Shown piece by piece: positions 14,102 to 27,100 of a stretch of 64,000 nt of DNA (positions within the stretch are counted from its first letter, which is position 1; each line of letters begins with the position of its first letter). A program made the position numbers and the translations under genes. Under the pieces are notes generated by a model that worked only from the letters and a program-made list of their open reading frames with translations, did no database searches and was not told the origin of the DNA. Origin of the DNA: Chrysomallon squamiferum (taxonomy: Eukaryota; Animalia; Mollusca); NCBI GenBank assembly GCA_012295275.1, contig CM022673.1:2046001-2110000 (forward strand), given 5' to 3'.

Positions 14102-16178
14102 TTGTATTTACATACTTATTCAATACATGTTTACAAAACATCATAGTTAATTTTTGGGGTTTTTTTAATCATGCTAATGATAACAATTCCTACATAAAAT
14201 AAGTAAATAAAGAACATTAATTTAAAAAGTAATTACATTTTTTTTATCAGGTTAAAATCATGCAAAGTGATGGAAATCTTTTTTTTACTGGTACTGAATT
14301 AGTTATTGTCCATTAAAACTATCTCAAGTGCTATTTAGCCCAACGATATTATGAAAATATGTAAATTAACTTACTAGTGCCTTGTTAAAGTAAAGCTTGT
14401 TTGAAAAAGATTATCACTTATTTATCGGTAGTATAAGCAGATATTATATTAGAAAAAAAAACATACAATTAATACAGGAATAACTAATACTTCACAATTA
14501 AAGAAACTGTGAATTATCTGTTATACTTGAAACTATAAAGATGTAATTCCATGAATATAGTAATTTTACAGATTAAAACAAACCAAACACAAAACAAAAA
14601 CATTCACAGATTAAGCATAAAATACGTTATAAATTATTAACATATCCATTAAAAAAAAAAAGGGGAATGAAAACAGAAAAAAAAAAAACCTAATAATTCA
14701 AACAGCAATGAAAAAGAGAATAAATTAATGTTAGACATACATAAGAAGAAGAAGAAGAACAACAACAAAAACAACAACCATTTAGTGCAAAACCTGCAGA
14801 TAAGACAAAAGCAACCGATGTCAGTAGTTCAGTTTTTAAATCAATACAGTCACTTGCGTCAACTTATAGCTGTAATTACCAGAAATCTTTATCAGCTTTA
14901 TAAGTGGTTCATCGGTAACAGTTATGTAATAATGAAATAATTTTTGCACTATCTGATGCAGTGACAATGTCAACAGTTAATTTAAACTGGGCCACGTTAC
15001 GTAAGGAGATAACATCAGCTGAAAACAATGGAATAATCAGGGTTAATTATGAATGCTTAAAGGCACTGAATGATGGATGGCTGTAACAACAAATGGGTGA
15101 TTGATGTCTCTAATAGTGGCTTCCATATAAAAAAAAACATGATTTGCATAATATTTATTATCTTTTTTTCTCTTTTGCTGTAGAACTAGAAGGGTAAAAA
15201 GGAAAGATTATTTTTAAATCAATCTGTTGTTGTTAAATTGTTGTTATATTATTATGTTAAAACAACGTGAATAAATATAGGTCCCTGGGTAAATCATTTA
15301 TAAAATTACTATTTATTTTCTGAGTCTGCAAAAGATCAACTTATAAATATTTATTGCCTAGATTAGTTAAATGACACAAGGGGAGAAACTCTTAAATTCC
15401 TAATCCGAAACAAATTTCCCTTGGGATACACTGGAAAACTATTTAAAGAGATTTTACAGTAAAACTAATAACAAGTAAATTGGACATTTTATACATTTGT
15501 TGTCACAAAGGAAATAAACTGAGTTTAGTTTTAATACAAAATGAAAACTGTATGGAATAAAAGTCATTATTTATATATCTAACAGAAACTTTGATTCACA
15601 CATACAAATATCATTAAATAATTTTAAAAATGTATTCATTAAATGAGACCTAGAATTATTCATGAGATCCATGCCAGTCTTAAATCTTTTTAATAACATA
15701 TATCTAGGTTCATGAACATCAGATACTAGATCAACTAGTAACTACTGGAAACTTTTGTCTTATTTTACTTATTTCAAATAAGTTTTTGTTTTACTATTTT
15801 ATCATTATAACTGAAACAAACTTAAAGTAGATCCCTGTATAAATCATTTTAGAGCTTTATAAAACTATAATTTATTTTCCAAATCGTTGTATGTGTATGT
15901 ATGTAATAAACAAAAACATAACAATCTTTTGTGACCATTTTTGATTTTTTGGCATCTTAGTGAAAATTCCACATATGATTAAGTGTCATTAAAATCAGAT
16001 GTTAACATAAAAATTTTGTGTTATTTTTCTTTTGTATTAACGTACGAATGAAACAAAAATAAATATTCTGCAGCCATTCCTGAGTAGACTTCTTTCTGGC
16101 AGCTGTGTAAAAGATTAGAATACATTTTAGAAAACAAAACAAATTTAAAAAAGAAATAAATCAGAGAGAGAGACTTAC

Positions 16179-16376
16179 TGCTATGTTCTTTCTGTAATGT
16201 GCTTCTGCAAGCTGCTGCAATCTGTTCAATTGCATGCAGACTGGATGAGTGTGACCCTGAAGGTGATGTCATCTGGTCACTACTGTCCACTTCCCCAGAA
16301 CTGGTCAGCAACTGAGTGTCTGGTGAAGATGATGTCACATCAGACTGGTCTTCAAGTACTTCCCTTAAAACTGTCA
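16179..16376 (-). CDS. Unidentified gene, coding exon 3 (LTVLREVLEDQSDVTSSSPD...IEQIAAACRSTLQKEHS), Ser-rich
   Basis: Acceptor ccttttttcAG, donor GTAAGT, phase 1/1, in frame with exon 2; matches ORF 16021..16377. Confidence 0.8.
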
Positions 16377-18060
16377 CTGAAAAAAGGTAACCCTTTTAAA
16401 ATAAAATTCGGATGGGGGAATAAAAAAAATCAGTATAACGTTGTAAGATGTTTAAAAATAAAAAAAATAAAATAAAAAGTGGTAGGCATTATTTTTTCAA
16501 AGATACATTTAAGAAAAATTCCCCTTTTTTTTGTTGCTCATAATAAAAGTGATAAACACAATATACTCAAAAGACTGAGCCACCATTATATATTTGTATG
16601 CAATTTTAAATTATAATAATAAAGAATAAAGATGTAATGTTATATTTTGATAGGAAAAAAAATGTACATACAACTAATATAAAAATTCATCCAAAGTTTA
16701 TCATTTTTCTTGTATCTTCTAACAAAATTTAAATACAGGAACAAACAGATTCCTCCAGTACAAAAAGGTTCAATAATTATTATGATAACAGTAGTAAACA
16801 ATATTGTTTTCATCAGAGGTTATGGTATTTTATATATCTGAAATATAGTATATGTATACTAAACAAACACATATTTAATGACAATACCACAATACATTTT
16901 TAATATTAATGATTTTCAAACTCATATTATTTTACATAATAAAACAAGAGGCAAGTCACTCCTGCCACTTTATGGGTAACTTTTTGTCAGTCAGCAAACA
17001 AAAATCACTAAACTTACTCCTTTTCACACAGAGAAAAACACATTATGAATCAGTTAAACTGAAAAAAAATTGGTTAGTCGTGCAATGCATTCATCTCAAT
17101 TTATGTGTCCTAACTCCTAACTTCTGATTTATATAAGATGATATTCAAAAGAAAAATTTATTGAGTGACAGAAACTGAATATTAACAGAAAAATCTGAAT
17201 ATCATGAAAACCAAAAAAGCTGTATTAATTTGGTAATCTGATATATTAGTTATCACTGTTGCTGATACTGATAAATAATATTAATAATAATGATGGTATT
17301 CTTACATTATATATATATATATAAAAAGTTCTCCTCATTCACTAGTAAGTAGTTCAAGTATCAATGTGGTAAATAGATTACAGCGCGTGTGTTCTGTTAA
17401 CTGAAAGCGAATTAAATTTAAGGATAGTTTTGGTTAATATAATTGTCTCATATTTTGTGTAGATGTTTTACCTAGTTATGTATACACATGCTACACACTG
17501 TTACTTCACGATCATCAAATCTGAAATTGTAATCATGACATCTGACATGCACGTTTTGTCAACAACAACTGATCCAGTCACAAAATATTTGCCTTCCGGA
17601 AGTTCTCTAGCGCCGCGTTCATTACCAAGTCGAAATAATATGCATTGCATCTGTTATTCTATTAATAAATTCCACTTACCAAATATATAGAAAATATAAT
17701 CTGAATGTTTGATACTTTAAAACAATTTCTTTACGCAATGACTACATGCAAACATCCGATTTCTGCATGGGATGGCTGTGTTGTTGTTGTTTATGGCACT
17801 AAATCGTTTCTGAGCTAACTGCGCCTGCCTGCAAGAAATCATTACCGGTTCCGTGTTGTAAGTTAGCTGCTCTTTCGATGAAAAAAAGGGGGAGGTAAAA
17901 AAAATTCCATACTGAAAAGAACAGTTATCGAATGATAATCAAATACGACAGTTATGAATCAAAGATTAAATTTACTTTATTCCAAAAAGCTTATTCTACA
18001 TTACAATTTTCCTTGATAAAAAACATAAAAATAAAAATAAATATTTACGTTCTGACATAC

Positions 18061-18145
18061 GCTTGGGTGACGTCTGTTGTTTGGTAAATGATGATACGTT
18101 CATGTGTGTATCAGTTCTTTCTTCAGCAAGAGGCCGTCCATTATC
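18061..18145 (-). CDS. Unidentified gene, coding exon 2 (DNGRPLAEERTDTHMNVSSFTKQQTSPK)
   Basis: Acceptor gtttttcacAG, donor GTATGT, phase 0/1, open frame. Confidence 0.75.
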
Positions 18146-18171
18146 CTGTGAAAAACAAACACAAATTATCA

Positions 18172-18213
<42 letters not shown>

Positions 18214-18513
18214 TTACGTGGGGTTTATATATAAAAAAATAAAAAAAATAAAATTATTATTGTTATTTCTTTTTCTTAATTATTTTAAGTATTACTTTTA
18301 AATATTAAAGGGAAGGATGTTCTATTGGTTTCTTTTACTTCTTTATTTATTATTTATTTATATATTTTTAAGAAATATATTTCAGTTTAACAACAATAAT
18401 AATAATGATGATGATTATGATGACGACAACAACAACAACAACGATAATAATAGTAATAATAATAACAATAATAATAATAATGTAATTAGCAGTCCATTTA
18501 CTAATTCCAGTTA

Positions 18514-18544
<31 letters not shown>

Positions 18545-18672
18545 TGTATTTGTTTTTAAATCATTTATTATATTGCCTTCTAGTTTGTTTTTTTAAAGAA
18601 AAATGTTGTTAAAAAATCTTTAATATCAATATATAAAAAAAAAAAAATTACAAACGAAAAATTAAAACTTAC

Positions 18673-18714
18673 AGAAGAGTCACTTTCAAAAACTTCGTCT
18701 TCGTAATCGTCCAT
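18673..18714 (-). CDS. Unidentified gene, first coding exon (MDDYEDEVFESDSS)
   Basis: gaaacATGG start context, in-frame stop upstream, donor GTAAGT in phase 0. An acceptor at 18761 implies an upstream 5'UTR exon. Confidence 0.75.
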
Positions 18715-19429
18715 GTTTCGTATCCGGAAATCACTTTTATAACTCAGCAACAAAGTTTATCTGTTTTAAAATTACAGATTAAGTGCCAGATAAAACGTGT
18801 GTTTCATTTCACAGACACATATATCTTATCTGCTGTCCACCAACATTTTAAAAATATAAAAATATAAGGAAAATAAAGAAAGAAAAACACATAAAAGTAT
18901 GTCAAAAATGCGTCCTTGAATCAATCGGATATTCGTGTAAAAGATTTGATAACCTTTCAGACCAAGCAGTTATTTTATTTATTTATATATTATAATGTTA
19001 TTTTCATTTTTACGGATAACCCCTAAAATGCCGTTATTTCTGTAAATCTTAATAAAAAAATAAAAAATAAACAGCTATTCCTTTGACAGATACGTAGATT
19101 TGAACATACTACAAAGTGTAATTTAAACATTAAATAAGTTCGTACTTAATTATGAATTATTAATTATGAATTCTAAACAGCACATGAATCAAATACAATT
19201 TCTTTAAATAAAATATTAACGAAATACAGATTCTTCTTATCAAGGTATTTTATCTTGTAACATTCTTCAGAACAGTCCTCGGGTTTAGTGCAGGCGTTCT
19301 GAACACTGGTTTCAGTTTGAATACCATGGCTACTTCCTTCAAACGTAGACGCTTATGTTCCTAATGGAATAATCGAAACTGAAGAAAAATCCTTCCTAAC
19401 ATCAGCCAAAGAGGATCGTCGATACATAC

Positions 19430-19900
19430 AAGAATCAGACGGCCATTTTGAAAGAAAAGAAATACATATATATATATATCTTACGGAGATTTCCTACTGC
19501 ACATGTTCTGCAGCGGTGACACGGCAATGGGTCCATTAGTTACGCACACAACACTGTAAACATTTGCTATTGATTCGTCGGGTACGCCGGGTACGTGGAA
19601 CCGCCCCCGCAATCTCATAGCTTTTTTTTTTTTTTGTATCGGGGTTTCAACACTTCGGTTATGACGACGCTATTGTGGTCGATATTAATACGATCCAAAC
19701 CACCGTCGGATTTCGTTACACGCTGTGTTAATCTGACCCGTGTATGATTAGGCTTATTAATGTTATTCGCAGAACTGCCTTGTCCGTTGTTTGGTATTCG
19801 TGAACCTAAAATGGTCGACCCTGTTCAGTAGACCAGTCTAATTAATTCCTGTTTCGCTCACTGACGCATATTTGAAGCAGGAAAGGCAAAACAGTTGCAA
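19430..19900 (-). promoter_or_regulatory. CpG-rich promoter / first-exon region of the unidentified gene
   Basis: CpG-dense; YY1-like CAAAATGGCCG on the minus strand at 19440-19450; donor-like CC|GTAAGA near 19484. Confidence 0.45.
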
Positions 19901-19945
19901 TTCCTGTGTGTACGGTGTATAGATGATCTAATGCTTACGGGTGTA

Positions 19946-19985
<40 letters not shown>

Positions 19986-20923
19986 CGCGTGTGTGCGTGC
20001 GTGTGTGTGTGTGTTTGCGTGCTTGTTTGGGTCTGTATATGTTTGTCTGTATAGGTATGAATGTAGATGTTGTTAGCGATTAATAACATTTGTTAATCAA
20101 GATAATTCACCAGTGCAGATAGCGTAAATTTAAATCGTGCACAAGTACACCTTCAGAGAGAGGCATGCAGTTATTCACGTGTGAATGTATGTATGTTTGT
20201 TTGTCTGTCTGTTTATCTGCCTCTATATACTACGTACGTATGCATGCGTGCATGCAAGCATTATTCATATGTGTATATGTTTATGTACGTATGAATAATT
20301 GTTGTGTATGTATGGATGGATGGACGGATTAATAACTGTATGAATAATCTGTTTCTCTCTGTTTGAGTATTGTTTCGTATAATTAGTTTTCCTAATCTTT
20401 AAACCATATTAAAAGTGCTCAGAGAAAATTAACTAAAATTAGTCTGTAAAACATGCACAGTAACATGAATCTGCGATTTGATACAACAAATCAAATTAAC
20501 GACATCGATCAAGCGAATAGAGTAAACAGAGAGGTCAAGCTATGGTCACTTGTGGTCAGTGGACGGACAGGATCAAAGACTTGTGACAGTCAGACGTCAT
20601 GCGATCTCTCTTCTCTCTTCTTTCATGGTGCAGATTCGATTAAGAAAACCGAGATCAAAAACAGACTGTCACGAACAGGAAATTAATAATTGTTAGATTG
20701 GCATAAACGTCAGACTGTGTATTTCTGGGGTCTAAGTGAAATACCTTGCATACACACATACACACATACACACATACACACATGCAGACACACGTACAAA
20801 CTACAAGCTCGCATATACACGTACAAACATACATATACGGAGACAACTACGTATTTAAACATACATACATAAATACACCTAAGTTTTGTACATATGTGTA
20901 TGTGAGGGTTATATATTTATATA

Positions 20924-20963
<40 letters not shown>

Positions 20964-21163
20964 TGAGGAGTACGTTTGCTTGAGCACGTATATGCAATAT
21001 CGGGAATTACATCTAAGTGTGTGTATACGAGTATGTGTATATATAAAATATGTTGGTTTTTTAGCGAGTTTTTTATCTCTGTGTTTCGCCTATAAAACGT
21101 GTTATAATGTGTAGAAATGTTTGGATGTATGTGTGTGTTTCTTTACAGTCGTGGATTTATTCC

Positions 21164-21201
<38 letters not shown>

Positions 21202-22939
21202 AGTGTGTGTGTGAATGTATGTGTGTGTGTGAGTGTGTATGTTCCACTGAATCAAAACGCCAACGTCTTCACAAATTAGTTTCCTCGTCTATTCTCACCT
21301 GAAGTAAGTGATAATGAAACTATTTGCTTAACAAAAACACACAACTACGTGATACAGGTGGGTTTTTTTGCAGGTGAGAGTTGTTTACCGTTAAACATAT
21401 TTTATAATTCACTTATTTGGTGAAGCTAATGGTTATAATATCTAGGTGAATTAATCTATATCAAATAGTTGGAGGCAAGGAAAGGAAGACAGACAGCAAG
21501 AGAAGGAAAGAAGAAAGAAAGATATTGTATCTAAGGATCTTCTAAAACTGAAATTAGTCATAATTTCAATAAGTCATAATCTAACAAACACGGCAACATA
21601 AAATAGAATTTTTCCTACAATTGTAGGTCACAACAACTGTTTTATTTTATTTTATTTTATTTTATTTTTTTAATATTATTTTTTTTTTTTTTTTTTTTTT
21701 ATTTATTTGTTATTGTTTTGTTTGTTTGGTTTGAATTTTTTTTTTTTACTATTATTATTATTGTTTAACCAAGCCACATAAATTCATAAAGTATAAAATT
21801 ATTCTTACTCACATTGTACTATAACACAATTTTTATACATTGATTGGTAAAATGATATACCTCTTATTGACTGTAACTGACATGTTACTACTACTACTAC
21901 TGCTGATGTTACAGCTGCTGCGACCACTGACAATGCCGCTTATGCTACCACTGCTCCTAATGTTTCTTTTATTATTATAAAAAATAAATAAATAAAAATT
22001 CTGCCTTTTCTTTTGTTCTTTTATTAAAATTTTAATGACCAGTGATCATGTTTTCCCCTTGTATTTTTGTTCTGTTTTTTTTTTTTTTTTTTTTTTTTTT
22101 CATTTGCAGCCTTATTAAAATGTAATTGAGAACCTTCCATTTTTCCATAAAACATCGATATCTCATTTGACATAGTTGGTTAACATAGTGAAGCTGTTAC
22201 ATAACTCTGTCTTTGCTTGCGTGTAAGTCAGGCACAGGAATCTGGTAACAGAAGTATTTCACAAATTCCCAGAAGAAATTCAAAGGGGTGATATCTTAGC
22301 TGTTATTTGTTAGTGGTGTAACGAAGCGTGGAATTCCCTTTTGATGAAACTGTGCACAATTAGATTCCAATCCTGAAAGATAATGACTTGCTCGATTTTT
22401 TTTTTTTTTTTTTTTTTTTCTGATTTTTTTCTACTTGGGGGACCGAGATCAGTAACCTCTGCACAAGGACTTCGTCTTGCTTTAAGAAGAATCTGAATTC
22501 GCTGATTCATTTCTTTCCATTTATTGTTATATTCATTCATTCTTAACTGTTATAAGATTGCCAAGAAGACTGCAACAATGCGATATACAATATGTCTGAT
22601 ATAATTCTGTGTTTAGTACAGAAAGTAAAGTGTTGCTCATTCAAAAGTTATTGGATTTCCACTTCGTCTACGTCATTCTACAGTACGTCCACACAATTCA
22701 GATAAGCGTTGTTATCAAGAACCTTTCACATCTTAATAACGTAAACCTCGAGAGTTGATGTAGCGAAATAAACCAGAACAAACTTTCTCTTCACGCTTTT
22801 ATCTCGTATTTTGATAGATGTGTGTTATGTGATACGAAACACAAGTTTCTTTTGGGGGGAGGGGTTGTTGTTTTCTTGCTTTATTTTTGTTACTGTCACT
22901 CTTCGTGTTTCTCTGAGGTCATTTTACTGATTGTCAGTC

Positions 22940-23056
<117 letters not shown>

Positions 23057-23074
23057 CTCTGTACGTACATACAA

Positions 23075-23147
<73 letters not shown>

Positions 23148-23706
23148 CCCCATAGACTGTTTCTTTTGTTTTTCAGATGTATATACATAAGCGGCTTTAT
23201 GTATTTTACACATTAACATATACACACACCAAATGCACGCACACACACATATATATATATATATTACAATAAAAGTTCTTTAGATATTTTACCTCTATAA
23301 CAGATATGAAATTTAATATTTATTTAACAGTCAGTCTCTAGAAAAACATCAGTCAAGTCAAAACCAGCCTCTTATTATTTTACTCTTTTTTTTTTTTCCA
23401 ATCCTATTTCAAAACCAGCGTTCTCAGATTCTGTTCTTAAGGACATGTGCACGTAACATTTAAAACATATCTTCTCTTTTTACGTGTTTTTATTTTTTTC
23501 TTTCTTCTAACAGTCGATTTCATCCAGAGCACTAGAATATTTCAAACTGCTATAAAAGAAGATAATTTAGTTTTTAAGTGTACGTAAACGTTTTTAATGT
23601 GGTGTGACTGGAATTGAAGGTCACAGGTTTTAACAGATGTTGTTTTAATAAATGCCAAAGATACTTTTAAAAGTGACGGAAAGATAACAGGACTGGCTGC
23701 AGGCCA

Positions 23707-23750
<44 letters not shown>

Positions 23751-24097
23751 CACTAATATTTAATATATTTTGCCTTGGAATGGGACACTGTGCCTTTCAG
23801 TGGAGTTTTTAGATTTTTTTTTAATGTTTAATAGTTGCAGGTTATTGCATTGCAGAATTTTGAGTGAAAATTGAAAACTGTGCAGTAAAATCTGACGAGT
23901 TAGAAATAGCTAGCTTCCTTCAAGGAGTAAAAAGAGTCGATAAAAGTGTTGTTATTGTTGTTGTTGTTGTTTTCTTTTCACAAATAAATTACAACACTGA
24001 TTTCCAGTTTTCTGTAGAGCTAGTAATAATATTTCACAAGCAAAACGATATTATATCCGATCTTTTTTTTTTTTTAGTTTACTCCCTTTTTTTAGTG

Positions 24098-24164
<67 letters not shown>

Positions 24165-27100
24165 TATCTAACTGGCTGACTTTGTATGTGAAATTTGATT
24201 CGATTTATTGCTTTTGAATGGGCAGTTCCAAACAGTTTTTTCTTTTTTATTTGTAATTTTTATATTACATAAGGTAAGATGCGTATGTAAATCAAGTACC
24301 TAATCATACAAGCACGCGCACAGAAGACAACAAAAATATATATATATATATAAAAATACAGTTTGTATTGTTCAAACCCCAAATCCAGCGAAATGGATTA
24401 CTTTCCATCTTTCTTTTTAAGTTTGTTTAATATGTTATTTTTGTACTCTTTTTTTCTTAAATTGAATCTATATGGACGTTATTTTATTTATTTTTTATTT
24501 TTCTTATATATATATATATATATATATATTAATTTTATTATCTGAAGTTATAATTACGAAAACTTCGATGAATTTCACATTATGATGTTAATTCTGTCTA
24601 AACAGAACAAGACACCTTTTTTTAAATGTGTTTCCCCCTGTTACAAACGACGTAACTCGCTTCGGACTACACTCACACACTCACCTGCACAGACGTAGAG
24701 ACACCTTTATCAGGTACCGGATGAAGTGGAAGGTTCCAGTTGCTAAATATAATTGTAATGGTGTATGTAATATGTCTAATGAATGTTATCGGGTTTTCTG
24801 CTGCATGTAAGTTTACACGAAATCGTCCAGTCTGCTTGGAGACCACGGCTATTCGTATCTGAACAAGATAAGGTAACTCTTGACGTCGTTATTGCGTTGG
24901 CAATCTTACAAGACTGCAGGTTGTTGCCATTTTGCATTCGGAAAAGAAAACGCAAATAAAAAAAGAAAGAAAGAAAGAAAGAAAAAAAAATCTTTGAAAG
25001 GGCATCGAGGTATCTTCGAAAATGAATATAAAAGAAAGAAATTAAGAAGGAAACAAAATAATTATCTGGAAAATGAATATAAAAGAAAGAAATGAAGAAG
25101 GGGAAAAAAAGTATTATTACTATCATGTACATGTGTTTGAATGTATAAAATGGTATGTTTTGGTATGTTACAGCAGAGTATGTATGAATATTTGTATGTA
25201 TGTATGTAGGTAGGTAGGTAGGTAGGTAGGTAGGTAGGTAGGTATGCATGTTTGTATGTATACATGAATGTAAATATTTATATCTTTTTATGTCAGAGTT
25301 TATCTATAAATAAAAATACAGGATAAGAGACTCAGATTTCTTTATTTTAACAATTAATAACGAAATAGTTCACTTTAAAAAAACAAATTTTTATTATTAT
25401 TATTTTTATCCAAGATAGGAAACTTCCAAAATCTGCAGATATTTCTATCAGACTATCAGTTCGGTCAAAAAACCAATTATATACATCAAAATTAGATTGA
25501 GAACGAGTTTTGCATGTAGAATCTAAATGACTTATTTATTTTCACTTATCTCTTTGACTTATGTCTTATTCTGACATGCGGAATCTCGTCCGGTACCAGT
25601 CTAGTAACACTAACAGACTGGTATCGTTTCGATCTGTAAGTAATACGTCAAGTTATTGGACGTTATGTACTGCGATCTGGCCAATTAGAGCTGCGTTTGC
25701 TTTTAGCTTGTTATCGTAACTGGCAGGCGGTAAGCCCACGAGCGAAGAGATTGCCGTTTGGTTTTTAAACTAAAACGTGTTTTTTGTGATAATGACTTCA
25801 TCAGTCACTACGTACTCCTCTCGCCACACACGCTGGCTACTGCGTGAACTTCACCTGTGCGATAAACAAACCCACAGACGTAGGTGAGAAAGAAAAAAAA
25901 AGCATTAAAAAATTCAGAAAGTCTGTAAAAAATATCACTGGGTTCATACTGACGAACTTATAGGTGGTGAGAAAAAAAAAAGAAGAAGAAGAAAAATTTG
26001 AAACTCAAAGAGTTCAAAGGCAGTCCTGAAAGATTAACAAGAAAAAAAATCTATTTATTTTTATTATTTTCGGTTTTCTGTGTCTTCTTTATGTTTTAAG
26101 ATGTAGGTAAGTATTTGTAACGGTTTGTCAATACTCCCGTTTTTTATATTATTATTATTGTTGTTGTTTTTTAATGCCGCCGAAGTAAAAAGGATTTTTT
26201 TTTTTTTTTTTTTTTTTTAAGCGTGAATCTCAATGAATGAATAAATAAACATGGTGGTTATTTATATGACAACAAAAACTGTCCTAATTCAACGTTTTAT
26301 TTATACCAATATAATTATACAGTCGTAAATTAACTGTATACTTCGTGAACACAAAACTGTCACATGTCAAGTACAAAATCAATATATACAAATACAAATA
26401 TACATGTTTCTCATTTACACGTAAAAAGGTAAATACAAATGATTTAAAAAAACAACAGATCTTTGGTGAAAATTTTGTTCTATTTAAAAAAGTACATAAA
26501 ACAAAAATAATTATATATATACATAAATAGGTAAATCATTAAATTTACGATATAATAATAATAATAATCATAATAGTAACGAAACAAAACAAAGTTTTTT
26601 ATTTTAAAGGTATTATAGAAAGGTGAAATGATTTCGCCCAAAACTGTGTATTTATATAAAAGTTACAGATAGTAAATAACAATTATTTTGTTGTTTTTTT
26701 TTCGATTCTTATTATCTTATAATAGCCTTAGAGATGGCTACACTGAAATACTATAACTTGATATTATAACAGAAATCTTATATTGAAAATTAATAACTAA
26801 TGAAATATCAGTTCGAAAAAAACACATGATAGATGAACAGATGCATCGATATTATAATTACAACAATTTTTACTTGTAGAATATAAAGGACATTATTAAA
26901 CAAACTTTTTTTAAGATACTGGAAATGGATATGCATATATGCATTTATTCTACATTTAATTTAAAATGATTGTAAAAAAAAAAAAAAAACCTTGAAGGAA
27001 TAATAAATCAAAATATTTCAAACGATTATACATATTGCATTATGTAAATTATTATTTATTTATTTTCCCTTTGTGCATTTATATGTATATAGGTATGTGA

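Noticed and set aside
19190-19430. Minus-strand frame MYRRSSLADV...GT*ASTFEG...ENCI with one internal TAA (possible readthrough)
   Set aside because: No homology or readthrough context; consistent with chance in 5'UTR or intron sequence.
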